NCBI GenBank assembly: GCA_001599295.1
Contig: BCGN01000006.1
Span: 62,001 to 126,000, forward strand
Source: Sporopachydermia quercuum
Lineage: Eukaryota
Reading direction: 5' to 3'
Length of the DNA stretch: 64,000 nucleotides
The notes under the pieces are model-generated. The model made no database searches. It saw only the letters and a program-made list of their open reading frames with translations, and had not been told where the DNA came from. A program made the translations under genes and the position numbers. Below, piece after piece: positions 34,379-47,456 of this stretch; the first letter of the stretch is position 1, and each line of letters starts with the position of its first letter.

Positions 34379-35926
34379 TCATCCTGATCCAGTCATTCTT
34401 TCATCTTCTGGTTTCCATGATCCTTCAAATATATGCCTTGAATACGCTAATCTATGATTTATACTCTTTGCACCCATAGTACCAACACCAGGACTAAAAC
34501 TGGTGATAGGTAACACTAGCACATCCCCAATGATCTCCGGCCGGGTGAGCCCAGTAAACACCCTCCAATCGATTTTATCTCCATTTTTGCTCAAGTCGAC
34601 TCCGTGACTTATATATGCATCTTTCAATTCCTTCAGCTCGTCGTTATCCTGTTTATTACTCCACTTATAATCATTCATATAGTCTATAACAGAATCTGTC
34701 CATATGCCAGGTCCTGTCCAATCCATGATTTCACTCCCTGCATCTTTGTCCTTTGAGAGTGCCAGTTTCCCTGTTTTCCACTTCTTCAGGGTTATTTCTG
34801 TTATACGAGCAATCAGCTCTCTGAACATTGGATGCCCCGGCTTGGCTTGGATAGTCCATTGGCAGAACTGAATCCTTCTAGCATACCATTCTGCCCAGTC
34901 AGGTCTGTCAGGATCGGCTTCTATTCCTACAACTAAACCAAAATCTCGGCCCATAAGATCCCGTAGATCTTGGTTAGTAGCAAGCTTCAATTTTTTGATC
35001 TTAGTTACATAATGGCTATCTTCATCTTCTGGTTTATACTTTTTAGGTATCTCCTCCATATTGTTGATGTCCTCATCTTTTAAACCTGGTTCGTCTTCTT
35101 TATCCCATGGAAAATCGTATTCGAGAGAATCAACGTCTTTTCCTTGAAGAATCAACCAGTTCAGTTTCTCAAGTTTGAATGATAGCCATTCGTTAATTGG
35201 TTTTAGTCCTATCGTGTCTATATCTGAATAGGTACCCCCTTGAGCGAATAGTATCAAGTATCTAAAAAAATCAGCTTTCAGAATACTTTTTGGCATCAGT
35301 TTATACGCTCTTATCACGTCCGGAGTTGATGCATAAAANCCTTCAACCAATAATTCACACTCCTCATCAGTCAGCACTTGATGGTTAAAGCTAGGATTTT
35401 TATCTTCCCAGCATTGCTGATATTCGCGGAAATTCTTTGGAAATTTCTCATCTTTTAATCCTATTTTCCAGGTTTGCCATATGTTTTTTGGGAATCTTGT
35501 GAATTTAGAAATTGCTGAGTGCTTGTTACTCTTTGATTTACCGATATTGCCATCGCCCGTCGAATCAATTGAGCTCCCATCGAACATTTCTTTCTGGATG
35601 ATGGTATTACTAGGGAAGAAATATGCTAACTGTTCTCGTAGCGTTGAATCTATTGGTAGTTTCTTGTAATACTTTAGTCTTTCTTCAATTTCTGATTGAG
35701 GCTCAGGTATACCTGGACCACCTAATGCAAATTCCAATCCATCGTTATCTGATTTGTTTTTATGGCGTAAACGATTGAACTTTGCTACTGTTGATTTATC
35801 AGTTGTTCGGAAAGGAGAAATCTTAGGTGATGGCACCTTCAGCAGGAAATATACAACTATGAACAGCAAAACTGTCAATATTAAAGGCTTCCTTTTGTTT
35901 GGTTGTTTGACGTTTGGATAAGGCAT
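34379..35926 (-). CDS. OCH1: Initiation-specific alpha-1,6-mannosyltransferase (GT32)
   Basis: Type II TM anchor, LREQLAY.FP, PKNIWQTWK, ILKADFFRYLILFA.GG.YSDIDT (DxD), VGIEADPDRPDWAEWYARRIQFCQWTIQAKPGHP, LPITSFSPGVGTMGA, H.FEGSWK. Confidence 0.96.
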   Translation of the reverse strand: MPYPNVKQPNKRKPLILTVLLFIVVYFLLKVPSPKISPFRTTDKSTVAKFNRLRHKNKSDNDGLEFALGGPGIPEPQSEIEERLKYYKKLPIDSTLREQLAYFFPSNTIIQKEMFDGSSIDSTGDGNIGKSKSNKHSAISKFTRFPKNIWQTWKIGLKDEKFPKNFREYQQCWEDKNPSFNHQVLTDEECELLVEXFYASTPDVIRAYKLMPKSILKADFFRYLILFAQGGTYSDIDTIGLKPINEWLSFKLEKLNWLILQGKDVDSLEYDFPWDKEDEPGLKDEDINNMEEIPKKYKPEDEDSHYVTKIKKLKLATNQDLRDLMGRDFGLVVGIEADPDRPDWAEWYARRIQFCQWTIQAKPGHPMFRELIARITEITLKKWKTGKLALSKDKDAGSEIMDWTGPGIWTDSVIDYMNDYKWSNKQDNDELKELKDAYISHGVDLSKNGDKIDWRVFTGLTRPEIIGDVLVLPITSFSPGVGTMGAKSINHRLAYSRHIFEGSWKPEDERMTGSG

Positions 35927-36114
35927 TGTGGTTATTTTGTCATATCGCCAAACTGTTCTGTGATCAAAAGCAACAGATATTGACTTGTTGTGATCGTAAT
36001 TATAATAATATGGTTGCTGAAATCTTTGTACTAGTGAGTATGGTATATATTGTGATTTCTGTATGATCTGTGGTTAACTGATGATGATGAGTTATCTAAG
36101 ACTTGATGAGCAGG

Positions 36115-36120
36115 ACGCGT
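36115..36120. promoter_or_regulatory. MCB box upstream of OCH1
   Basis: ACGCGT about 190 bp upstream of the OCH1 ATG. OCH1 is G1-regulated in S. cerevisiae. Confidence 0.35.
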
Positions 36121-38160
36121 AGCATAGAACAATAGGTCCAAATGACAACTGAGGATATCAATTGGTAGACGTGTTCACTATCTCTATGAAAATATACATA
36201 TAAGAAGTCAATCCACTAAGGCATTAGTAAAAAACAAAGACTGGAAGTACGAACAAGAAAAGAAAAACGAAATATTCAAGAAATATTGAACACAAAGAGG
36301 AAAGGAAATGTCCAAGAACGTTATGTGGTCATTGAATATCTTCGCATAATATTAACGTGAATGCTACAAATAAACTCTACATGAAAAGCAATTAGGTTTA
36401 TGAAACCTAAGAGCTTAATGATTAGTAAAAGGAGACAAGACAGAGTTAGAAAGAAGAAGTAAAATATAAGGGAATAGCGAATTTCTGTGCAAGCAAGAAT
36501 GTAAATTTAAAAATAGTATTTTGTCTACAATTTTACAAGTAAAACTGGTTTTCATAGGGAGAAAATAGGATGTTTTAGCTGGCAATTCATCGATAGACTA
36601 TGGAATCCGCGGCTAAGTCCCTTGCAATGTTAATGCATGATGAAACCTATTAAAAGACATTACTATATGAAGATTAGTCTTCAATCACTTTTAGTAATTG
36701 TACAGGAATTAAACGAGAAATGTGCCTGAAAATACTCATGCTCTATTACAGAGTAAAGTGGGAACATTGTCATTAAACTGAATGAAGTAATTTTGTTGTA
36801 TTTCTTATTACTTTTTATACTATTTGCAATTAGTTAAGGTTCTCAGAATGGGCAGAACTATAGTTTATTACTCTGCATTAATCTTGCAGAACTCTTAAAC
36901 TTAAAATGGCCATTGCTAAGTCGATTCCAACCAATTATTCTACTATTATCTATAGTTTTCTTCTTCTTGAGGTAATATCTGCTTTAATACTTGAAAATCA
37001 CATCAAAGCACTTTGAGGTTCCAAAGACTATANATATACACATATGTATGCTTTCCTCCATCATACATTATAGAATACTTTGGTTTCATTTAGGAATCAA
37101 CTAATTGCACATCTCTGAGCTCCTCCATCCCATTCCGCATATTAATTGGCACGACACTGTTACTTAAGTCAATATTGCTCATTTCTCTGACTGTCGACCT
37201 CAAAGTGTGTCAAATAATTTGTATTATTGTTCCTATTCTTATTATTGGTCTCTTCACTCAAATTTATATTATTGCATTATAAACCAGTGCTTGTTTGTTC
37301 GCTTTGCTATTCCTTGACAAATTCCATCTCGATGCCACTGCTAAAAATAAACTTAAAGAACTGTTTAGAGTTCAAAACTTTCTTCCGAACCCGTTCTGGA
37401 CCACTGTGGTATTTCCAAGATTTCAGAAAATTATATAGTCACTTCTTCGTTTCTTTTGTTTCTTTCGCTTCTTTCATTCTTCTACATCTAATCACTATAG
37501 ACAAATTTCTGAATGGTTTTATTGCAAATTGTATACTATAGAGGAAAAGCTGAAGAACCTTGAAGTGGACCATCGAAAACGAAAAGCTATACTGTAATGA
37601 GCTGAAGAAACCAGATTGTATGTTTTATGGATATCATGTATTCCAGTCAATAACAAAATAAATGTCCTTTATCTGTTATAACCTGGTATTAAAAGAAGTA
37701 GAGATTATGAAGATCTTCAAGCGTAAGATATATTCTGGTTTTCTTGAGAATGACAAGAGCTATAAGTCGATTGATAAGTCTACAGAAACTTCACTTAAGT
37801 TGTTAATACCATACTATGATAAAAGATTTATTAATCGAAATGTTCATTAATAGTGAAACTAAATCACATTTGAGGCTACTTATTTACATTGTCTCGCGGA
37901 ATAAAACGAAGAAGTGCTCTATTCAACAATCTCCTAAAGCCTGAATTATGGCAAAATGATTACAGTATAGTATCATTATATACTTTCACTGGCGTATGAA
38001 GTCAAAACATCATCAGCTATTCGTCCTTGACGAGTTTCTTCCTCTTCAAATCAGATTTGCGTTCAAGAGGTAATTATACTCCCAAATCCTTCTAAGACAT
38101 TCCCACAGGTGCTTTATCGCAATTTAACCTCCGGTATCATGTCTCAATACACTTCCAAAG

Positions 38161-38968
38161 TCACTTAGTCTCATTTTCTCCTACCTCTTTCAAAGCATCG
38201 TCGTTTAGCCCAATCACTTTCACGCCAGCTTTTATCAAATTCTCTGTAGTTGCATCCCAANCTTTTGCATCTACAGCCCTGCTTGCATCTTTTATTAAGT
38301 AGGTTTTAAACCCAACTTCTACACTATCTATGCATGACCAATACACACAGAAGTCGTATGCAATTCCTACAAAGAAACATCTAGTAACACCAGCTTCCTT
38401 CAAAATACTCTCAAGTTCAGTATGATGAATATTCCACACATCGTGGAAAGCGCTATAATATTCTCTGTCCTCCAAATAACCCTTAAGTACTATGTTCGAC
38501 AATTCCTTCTCATGAGTGAACTCATGCGCTAGCTGAGCTCCCCAAGTATTTTGAATGCAATGATCAGGCCATAATGTTTCTACACGTGTTTTAGTAACCC
38601 CGTCAATTGTACGACTAAATTTCTTCTTATCGAAAGGCCTCAACCCATTATTAGAAGCAAAGGAACAATGGTTAGGTGGGTGCCAATCTTTTGAAGCAAT
38701 AATTATATCCCATTTCTTGTTCTGACATAGATCGTTTACGATGGGAATAATCTCTCTACCATTTTCAACTGCAAGTGAGCCGTTCTACATGCAATTTAAG
38801 CCTTGAGTTAGATACATAATTCTCAAATATAATATATAAGCGTCCAGGTTCAAGTCATAGGAATTTTCAATTCATATTGTAACATTCTGACATAATATCT
38901 CTACTTACAGGAGGCAGAAAATCTTCTTGTAGATCTACTATGATCAAAGCTGTTTTGCCTTTGGACAT
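38161..38968 (-). CDS. PNC1: Nicotinamidase, two exons, 227 aa
   Basis: Exon 1 38968-38909 (MSKGKTALIIVDLQEDFLPP). Intron 38908-38785 (GTAAGT..TCTAAC..TAG). Exon 2 NGSLAV...KDWHPPNHCSFAS...LWPDHCIQNTWGA...KGY...EYYSAF...GIAYDFCV. The Asp/Lys/Cys triad is intact. Confidence 0.95.
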
Positions 38969-40910
38969 CTTCATCAAAATAGTAGTAAATCTTAGCAGTT
39001 TCTACGTATCAGTGCAATTTAAAGTAAGTGCCTAAGGGCATCGGTCTTGCTGATTCCTGGATATGGTTTCAATAACAATTGGTAGTCAAATGAGTACAAA
39101 AAGACAAATAGGAAAGACAAGCGATAGGAGGAAAAGAGGAGGTGATGGCTTATTATTTAATGATTATGTAATGTAATAATGTTATTGATTGAAAATTCAT
39201 GCATAGGAATGGAGCCTGAGCGGGCAAACCTTATTTAGTCACATAAACGATATGATTAGGAACATTCATTTGATTGGATCCCTGTATTCAATTTACTAGC
39301 TCTTCTAGAAAAGAAAGCTATGGTTCAGAGATCGCATGGTAGCGATCATAAAACCAACATCTCGGTTATGTAACGTTACTCAAAGCAGAGTACCCCACAG
39401 GTTCAATTATCACAGTTAATGATGATCCCATTTCTTCTCGTTTGATCCTCTATAGTGATGCTTTGTAAGACTAAGCTTAGTAACATTAGGGATTGATCTG
39501 AGGAGTTCAGTAACTTACAAAAAGAAATTGTATGAACTGTGCTTGTTTTCTCATTTGGAAATGAATTTCAATATAATCTGAGCCGATAACGTGTTCAGGT
39601 CAATCAACTACCTAAAGTTTGAAGTATTAAGCAAAAGGGTCTGAATATTAGATGCTCCGCTTCTTGTCGGTATAAGGAGAAATTGCCCTTCCTACTATCG
39701 ATTTAAGTCTATTGATAAAACAATGACAGTGCTTTAAATTGAAGATAATTGCTTAGGTGATCAATCACCTGAACTGTCGAGTGGCTTACCTCCAGTTTTT
39801 GATATTATTCATNTCCCACTGAAGAGCACGTATTATGACTATTGTAGCACATTTCTAGATATTGATCTAGTATCGTACCAAGTCATTACTTTCCGTTGGT
39901 TGTTTCTTCCCACCAAACCTAATTAAACAGTTTTCTATTTATTTAGTTTTTATACTTCTTTTTATCATTATACAACCTCAACCTTTCCAGAATGAAAAAC
40001 CTTATGTTTAATGGCATTATAGATGTAGAGTAATAAGTAGAAATTGAAATGTAAGCAACTTCGCAAATATAGAAATTATAAGGGAATTTAAAAGGGCCAA
40101 TCCATTTCAATAAGGAATAGTTATCTGGTATTTCACAGACAACGTTCACATTCAATTAGAATGATTATGACAATAATAGTTATTATGGATAGGTAGTATG
40201 AATAGGAAGGAAAATATCAAAGAAGTGTGTACGATAAGGTTTGGGATGAGAAAAAATTCATGAAACTTTAAAACTACAGTTCAAACGTTGCTATGTTTGA
40301 GCGTATCAATTACTTCTTCTCTTTATAAAAATTAAGAGCCTCTGNTTATCATTATGGACTGTGTAAAGTCATTTATTGATTTAATGTCATTGCTTCAGAG
40401 TGGTGAAAGCGTAAGACTAAAAATAAAACAACTCTTGGTACATCAAGCAGAAAACAAAGATTAACTCAGATTATTAAAGTTGAGAGCTTATATAGATTAC
40501 TTTCCTTTTTCAAGACATTAAGTTTTGTAAGTGCATCAAGTCGCATGTGATTCTACAATGGGATACTACAATGGAGAACTGCGAGAAGTCATAACAAGAC
40601 AGAAGAGCAACGTTTCTAGATTTTGGATGAAATATATAGAGCTCGAGAGAAAAGACTATCATTCTCTCAAACATATTCAAGATTATAGAATGTATCCATG
40701 TCTGGGTCATGGAAAATACTCGAATGCCATTCATTCTTCCTCCTCGAAAAACATTTGCTATAGAATGCATCTACATTCATGTTATCAATTACCTTACTTT
40801 TCTTTGACTTGAATGTATTTTTCAGGTCCTAGCCTGGTTCACAAGTACTTTATAATATATAACAACAATTACCAACGGATTAGCAGTAATCACCACTTCT
40901 TCTACTTCAT

Positions 40911-41456
40911 TTATTCATTTCTCATTCTCAAGACGAAATTGACCACTACAGCAGTCAATAAGAAGAAGCACAACATAGTAGGTCCAAATCTATCATCATA
41001 GGGACCACTACCTCTTTTCCTAATGGCAGATGCTCTCCAATGATATGTCACTAATGCATAAACCATGGTACCCATAGCAATCAAGGTAAATAATGCAGCA
41101 GAGATTCTTCCAATTTGATCACCAAAATTCAGTAAACCAACACCTAAGGATCCCAAAATAACAGTAAAGTTGAGCCATGACAAGAATGTTCTCTCATTGG
41201 CAAAGAAAACTTTTGGCTCAACTCTGGTAGGAAGAGCAATACGTTTGCCTATAACTGTTAGTAGGAATTCATTACAACGTGGTTTATAGTCAGTTCATCA
41301 TTCCTGTNCTTCCTCGTCTTGAAATGCATCAATTCTTCTCACTCGAATAAATAGTAATTGCTTGTTGAGTTATTGTAACATTTCTCAACTGAGTTCAGCT
41401 TAGTAAATACTTTCTTACATACCAGGTGTAGATTGTAACAAAGGAGCAGACGACAT
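40911..41456 (-). CDS. VTC1: Vacuolar transporter chaperone subunit Vtc1 (polyphosphate synthesis), two exons, 123 aa
   Basis: Exon 1 41456-41423 ([11 protein letters not shown]). Intron 41422-41249 (GTATGT..TACTAAC..TAG). Exon 2 [28 protein letters not shown]...[10 protein letters not shown]. Confidence 0.97.
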
Positions 41457-42021
41457 CTTTAATCGCAGTATCTTCCAAATGTATGTATAATCAAAGGTTT
41501 TGTTCTGTTCTATCCTCTGTTAGTATGCAATTGTCTTTACTCAAAACCCACTCTTTTAATCTCGACCATCTTCTATCTTTGTCACCTTCTATTCATTCTC
41601 AAAATATCATTCACCACTCAACATCCATTTCTTTTGTCACATACATCACTAGTTTCCAGGAACTAACCAAATGTCTTGAGATGCTCTTCTAATTTCCAAA
41701 CAAAATCTTCTATCTCTCAGAATTAAAAAGCAATCCAGCAATTGAGATAACTGTTTTTCAGTGAATAAATAGGACAAGTTCATTACTATCCAGTTGTTCT
41801 TCTGTTATCATAGGAAATAAATCCTTTCCAGTCCATTATAAAGCACTGTAAAGCCAACGATTTGTGGTGGATGCTCAAACTGTGCTAACTAGAAATTAGA
41901 TGCATCTTTCCGCAGATTACTACATTAAATTGATGACCGTTTATTATGTGAACANCCATTAAAATATGTCATGTGTTCTGCATTAAGATGCAATTACATG
42001 CAAATGGTCTTCATTAAGACA

Positions 42022-42028
42022 CACGTGG
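42022..42028. promoter_or_regulatory. Pho4-type E-box CACGTGG upstream of VTC1
   Basis: CACGTG about 570 bp upstream of the VTC1 ATG. VTC genes are canonical PHO-regulon members. Confidence 0.45.
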
Positions 42029-42779
42029 ACCTTTGTCGGTTGTAAAGTTAAACTTTAGTTTACATAGTAGAATTAAAGTTTGAATAAAATCGGAAAAGAT
42101 ATGATNTGATGAGATGTAGAGAGTTTGTGATTATGTAATTATTTAATGATCTACAGAAGCTACTGCTGATACCAATTGATACAAGAGGCGAATGAATAGA
42201 TGGATGAGGGTGGGATAAGTGATAGGATAAGAAATAAGCTAAATTAAGGAACGTGACAAGAAACTCAATCACCTGTGAAGTAGATCAGCCTATTGATACC
42301 TTTAATGAAGCTTTTTTCCTGCTTGATTCAATTGCTTGTCAGTGAAGCTACCATAAATGTATGTATTGATTGGCTTCTTAGGCCAATAAGAAGAACAAAG
42401 AGAATAACAATATACAAAATATCATATAACCAATGATTTGCAATGGAAGACGTCAAATTTGACGTTAGATTATGTTTACTGATATTCCTAACATGATAAT
42501 AGCTCTTTTGATACCTTGGAACATTTTCTAATCCTATAACCATAATGAGTGCATTAGTTCAGCCTGTTCAAGTTCAAGAGTCAGAAATTCGTCACAACGA
42601 TAATCTACTCGTTGATAAAAACGAAATAGATAAAATATGCAAAGAAGTAAGTGCTGAAATGTTGATATGATTGATTACGGCAGGGAGAATCAGTTTGAGC
42701 AAACATTGTGAATAGTGTTTTTATAGTAACGATTGGTTGTTTGTATGGAAAACATATTGAATCATAGTCACCAAAATTG

Positions 42780-43433
42780 ATGAAATACAGGAAACAGGTT
42801 CTCAATAGAAGTAGAAATAGCACATCTCCAAAAGAGGAAAAATTTTTATTATCAATAGTAATATGGGATTCATTTTACTACCTAACTGTGTTTCTATTCT
42901 TCTTTTCTCTTCACCATCTGCACCATATGTCCAAAATTCATCCTGCTCAATCTACGCACAATCAATGTATCTAACTCAAAATCAACGAATACAGGCAATA
43001 AAAATTTTCCGTGACGAAAGTGCTGATCCAAAAGACTCGAAAATAGCTGTAAGTTTGCCTTTGCTTTTGCTCAGAACCCATTCTGTCATTGTACAGCTAT
43101 AAATGATAATATCATTTCAGATCTATCAAATTTCTACTAGTATTGAATCCCCATATACGATTAATTCTAACAGATTACCAGAATTACATACTTTCAAAGA
43201 TCAAATCGTTGAAAGAACTGCACAATTATAAGGTGATAATACAAGCTGTATCATTCAAATATGGCAGTGGGTTCTTTGAAACTATGGAAAATAAAACATT
43301 CGAACTGTCTTCGTCAACAAGTCATTTGTGGGATATTACCAGAGATTTGGAGTATAAATTCCAGCATGTACAAGAAAAAGAAGGATTGGTTATAAACCTA
43401 TTGATAACTGGGTTCTTTATTAGTCTGGAATAA
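42780..43433 (+). CDS. TDA2: Tctex-1-type dynein light chain (Tda2-like), three exons, 127 aa
   Basis: Exon 1 42780-42857 (MKYRKQVLNRSRNSTSPKEEKFLLSI), intron 42858-42994, exon 2 42995-43048, intron 43049-43181, exon 3 NYILSKI...NYKVII...SHLWDITRD..YKF...LLITGFFIS. All junctions are phase 0. Divergent from VTC1 as TDA2/VTC1 are in S. cerevisiae. Exon 1 is the least certain part. Confidence 0.7.
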
Positions 43434-43716
43434 GCAGCNAGGAATTATAGCAAACTGGAGTGATTTAATATAATATATTTGATTATATACAAGAATAAGT
43501 TAAAGCTAAATGCTTTCTATTCATTTACTACTTCTTGAATTCATTAAGTCATTCTTCGCATAAACATTGTCTTCAATACTTCTTTAGATTGCTTACTTCA
43601 TTCATACATTTCAAAATTTAGCATTTGCTATACATCTTCGAAAAAATTTATACACATTTCCATTATTTTTATGATTATCCCATACACATCGCCATCCAGG
43701 TATGACTATAAGCCTT

Positions 43717-46113
43717 CTAATAAAACCTTCCTTCAGCATTATCAACAACACATTCAGCCTTTGCATTAGCACTAACACCAGCTTCAAGCTTACCAATGAT
43801 ATAAGCCGGCTCTCCACTTTTCTTCAAATTAGCTAGCACTNTATCAACGTTATTCTCCTCGACAATAAGAACCATGCCTATACCCAAATTGAAGGTCTTG
43901 AGTAAATCATCAACAGGTACATTTCCTGTGTTNGCAAGCCAAGTGAACACTGGTAAAGTAGGCCAACTGGTAGCATCAATCTTTGCTACAACACCATTAG
44001 GTAAAGCTCTAGGGATGTTTTCAACCAAACCTCCTCCAGTGATATTAGCCATACCTAAGATCAAGCCTTCCTTGATAGATGGCAACAGTTGCTTCACGTA
44101 GATTTTGGTAGGCGTTAATAAAGCCTCGCCTAAAGTAGTAGTCTCGTCCCAAGGAGCGGAGTCCACATAGGATAATCCAGACTTCTCGACAATCTTTCGA
44201 ACAAGAGAATAACCATTGGAATGGCAGCCATTAGAAGCCAAACCAATAAGAACGTTTCCTTGCTTCATAGCATCTAATCTAGGTAAGACAACATCACGGT
44301 TGACAGCACCAACAGAAGTACCATTAGAATCATATTCACCGGGTTTGTAAATACCGGGCATTTCTGAAGTCTCACCACCAACAAGAGCACATCCCGCCTG
44401 GATACAGCCATCAGCTACACCAGATACAAAATCAGCAGCCACATTGACATCTAAATGACCGCAGGCAAAGTAATCTAAGAAGAATAAAGGTTCGGCACCT
44501 TGGACAATCAGATCATTTACATTCATAGCAACTAAGTCAATACCAACTGTATCATGCTTGTTAATAGTTTGAGCAATCACTACTTTAGTTCCAACACCGT
44601 CAGTGGCTCCTACTAATAATGCATCGGTATAACCAGCTTTTTTCAAATCGAATAAACCACCAAAACCACCGATATCAGCATTGGCTCCTGGTCGAGCAGT
44701 AGACTTGACCTTTTGTTTGATTTGCTGGACAAGCAGATTACCGTTCTCGATAGAAACACCAGCTTCGGCATAAGTTAGGCCAGTTTTCTGGTCTTGAGCA
44801 GCTTGGAATTTAAATGCTCTGTGAGCAATATCAGTTCTGTTGTATTTATTGGCAAAGTTGACATGCTCGACAGCTTTGTATGCCTTATCAACAGCATTTT
44901 TCACTGTTTCACCAACTGCAGTAACGGCAATAACTCTTCCCCCTGCAGTGACAACTTCCCCAGAAGCATTTTTACTGGTTCCAGCATGGAAAACAAACAC
45001 TTCTTTGCCTAATCCCAAAGATTTCAACTTTGCTTCATCAACAGTGATCACATCTCCCTTCCTATATGAACCAGGATAACCCCCAGCAGCCAACACAACA
45101 GTAGTACTGAATCTGGGCTCAACGGCAATCTTAACAGAATCTAATCGACCTTCAGCACAAGCTAACATTACTTGAGCTAAATCGGTATCTTGGGTAAGAA
45201 GAGGTAGAACAGTTTGAGTTTCAGGGTCACCAAACCTAACATTGAATTCCAATACTTTAGGTGTGCCATCAGGGAGAACCATGATTCCAGTAAACAACAT
45301 ACCGACAAANGGCAGGCCATCGCGACGTAAACCATCAATAGTAGGCTGAATAATTGTGGAGTCAATTTCCTTTAACAATTGAGCTGATGCAATAGGAGTA
45401 GGAGCATAAGCACCCATACCACCAGTGTTCAATCCAGTATCTCCATCACCGACCCGTTTATGGTCTTGAGCAGGAGGAAGAGAAAATATTGAGTAACCGT
45501 CAGAAAAGGTCAGAATTGATAATTCATTACCAGATAAGAACTCTTCAACCACTACTTCATCACCAGCAGAACCAAATGCCTTATCAAGCATTACTTCTTT
45601 CAATGCTGCAATTGCTTCTTCTTTATTAGTAGGAATCAAGACACCCTTGCCTGCTGCAAGTCCTGAGGCCTTGATAACAACATCGTGGGAAACAGAATTG
45701 ACATAAGAAGCTGCCTCTTTGTAATCAGAGAAATTTTCAAAAGTAGCGGTTGGAATATTATGTTTCTTCATGAAGTCCTTGGAGAAAGTCTTGGAACCTT
45801 CCATCTTAGCAGCTTCAGCAGAAGGACCAAAAACAGGGATGCCAACCTTCTTGAACCATGTTGATATACCATCAACTAACGGTTGTTCAGGACCGGGGAC
45901 AACTAAGTCGATATCATTGTCGGTAGCAAATTTAACTAAAGCAGGGAAATCTGAAGAATTAGAGCCAATTGCAATATTCTCTACTTTACCAAATACACCA
46001 TCAGTTCCCCCATTTCCAGGAGCAACGTAAACTTTTTCCACAGAGGCTGATTGAGCTAATCTCCAAGCTAAGGCATGTTCTCGCCCTCCATTACCAACTA
46101 AAAGAACCTTCAT
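43717..46113 (-). CDS. ADE5,7: Bifunctional GAR synthetase / AIR synthetase
   Basis: [45 protein letters not shown] and [12 protein letters not shown] (PurD), fused to [27 protein letters not shown] and TFNLGIGM (PurM). Confidence 0.98.
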   Translation of the reverse strand: MKVLLVGNGGREHALAWRLAQSASVEKVYVAPGNGGTDGVFGKVENIAIGSNSSDFPALVKFATDNDIDLVVPGPEQPLVDGISTWFKKVGIPVFGPSAEAAKMEGSKTFSKDFMKKHNIPTATFENFSDYKEAASYVNSVSHDVVIKASGLAAGKGVLIPTNKEEAIAALKEVMLDKAFGSAGDEVVVEEFLSGNELSILTFSDGYSIFSLPPAQDHKRVGDGDTGLNTGGMGAYAPTPIASAQLLKEIDSTIIQPTIDGLRRDGLXFVGMLFTGIMVLPDGTPKVLEFNVRFGDPETQTVLPLLTQDTDLAQVMLACAEGRLDSVKIAVEPRFSTTVVLAAGGYPGSYRKGDVITVDEAKLKSLGLGKEVFVFHAGTSKNASGEVVTAGGRVIAVTAVGETVKNAVDKAYKAVEHVNFANKYNRTDIAHRAFKFQAAQDQKTGLTYAEAGVSIENGNLLVQQIKQKVKSTARPGANADIGGFGGLFDLKKAGYTDALLVGATDGVGTKVVIAQTINKHDTVGIDLVAMNVNDLIVQGAEPLFFLDYFACGHLDVNVAADFVSGVADGCIQAGCALVGGETSEMPGIYKPGEYDSNGTSVGAVNRDVVLPRLDAMKQGNVLIGLASNGCHSNGYSLVRKIVEKSGLSYVDSAPWDETTTLGEALLTPTKIYVKQLLPSIKEGLILGMANITGGGLVENIPRALPNGVVAKIDATSWPTLPVFTWLXNTGNVPVDDLLKTFNLGIGMVLIVEENNVDXVLANLKKSGEPAYIIGKLEAGVSANAKAECVVDNAEGRFY

Positions 46114-46412
46114 TATAGATAGATGATAATGTGTTGAGCGAATATGGAATGGAATAGATAGTTGCANATAAAAGGCTTAATTGAACTGGAGGGTCTAGTA
46201 TCAATTAAGAACACTCTGTAGATAGTCCACAGCTCGTGATTGTTTCTATAACAGCTTTGAACTGCTAGCTGTCATCTTCTTTCGGTCGTGTTCTTCTTCA
46301 TTTCAGAGATCTGTCTGTTGATAATGGTAATACACTGGAGCTTTATTATTATGACAATACCGTCTATCAGAATAAGGAGAAACCCATAGAAACGAAAAAT
46401 TTTGTTTCGCTG

Positions 46413-46420
46413 CCGGGTAA
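46413..46420. promoter_or_regulatory. Reb1-type site CCGGGTAA
   Basis: Exact match 300 bp upstream of ADE5,7. An RRPE-like GAAAAATTTT lies nearby at about 46394. Confidence 0.4.
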
Positions 46421-47456
46421 GTTCATATTAGTTGTAGATTNAGATGTGATGTTGAATCGGGGGTAACTTAGAGATCTTATTATATCGGATATAATAGTGT
46501 ACTAACATTTCTGGCTTAGAATACTTATAATTTCGAAATATTCGGAATCTGTTGGGAGGTTTAACGATTGCCTGAAAAGATTAAAGGGTTTGATTATGAA
46601 AAACAAAAATTAGACTCGTCAAACAAGAGGAAGATTGCATGGAAAAGCACTTATGTTCCGTAACTCCTACTCAGATTAAGGTTAGAAGAGAGATTTTCTC
46701 TCCAACAAATCAGCTCTCCAATCAGCATAACATAATCATCGGACCATTAATAATACTTGCTAACAGTGAGAACAGTATTCATTTTGAAAGAACAAGAGTG
46801 TTTTATTGGGTTAAGATATATCAGAATCAATAATCCACTTTTGAATGCAGACTTAGTTCTCTAACAAAAAAAAAAAAAAAAAAAGGGTCGTATGAATTCG
46901 TGTGGAAGGGATTAGAAATGATGTTAAAGATTAAAGGGCTAAAGGTAAAATGTCATGGAAAATGAATGCTAATAGTGATAGTATAGTAGTCAATTAGTTG
47001 TAGTAACATATCAGACATACCAGCAGATCTGTCACCTGTGAAGAAGACTGCAAAAGTATCAGTATTCAAAAGAAGGAAAAACGAGATAAAAAAAAAATGA
47101 TATACAATACTATAATCACACATTGTAGCTCCTGATCTGTCTAGCAACAATTTGCTTCTTATAGTTCCATAAGAAAATAATGTAAAACGAAAACATCAGA
47201 GAAAAAAAAATATGAACTGGAAATATGAATAAAGGATGAAAAGTTGAAAGAAAAAAATTAACAATAGAGTACAACACTATTATGTTATAATAAAACTGAA
47301 AAAAAGTCGTAAAACATGAAATAGGACATTAGGGAGTAGAAAGTGTAAAATAATGATGAAGAAAAGGAAAAGTATCATCGACGAGTCAACAGAAGATCAT
47401 TGCATATTAATGCATGATGAAAGATAAACTGAGCTGAATTGAGATGAGAAAAGCCA

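Noticed and set aside
35927..40910. Short ORFs in the long intergenic regions around PNC1 (37227, 37662, 39943, 40510, 40531); similarly 1037, 3713 and 15068
   Set aside because: Composition is typical of random AT-rich ORFs, many have non-ATG starts, and they show no motifs or joinable splice signals.
43874..46030. Antisense ORFs within ADE5,7 (likewise within DHH1, ALK1, EDE1, PRP18 and others)
   Set aside because: Shadow ORFs produced by codon bias of the real genes, with no recognisable motifs.
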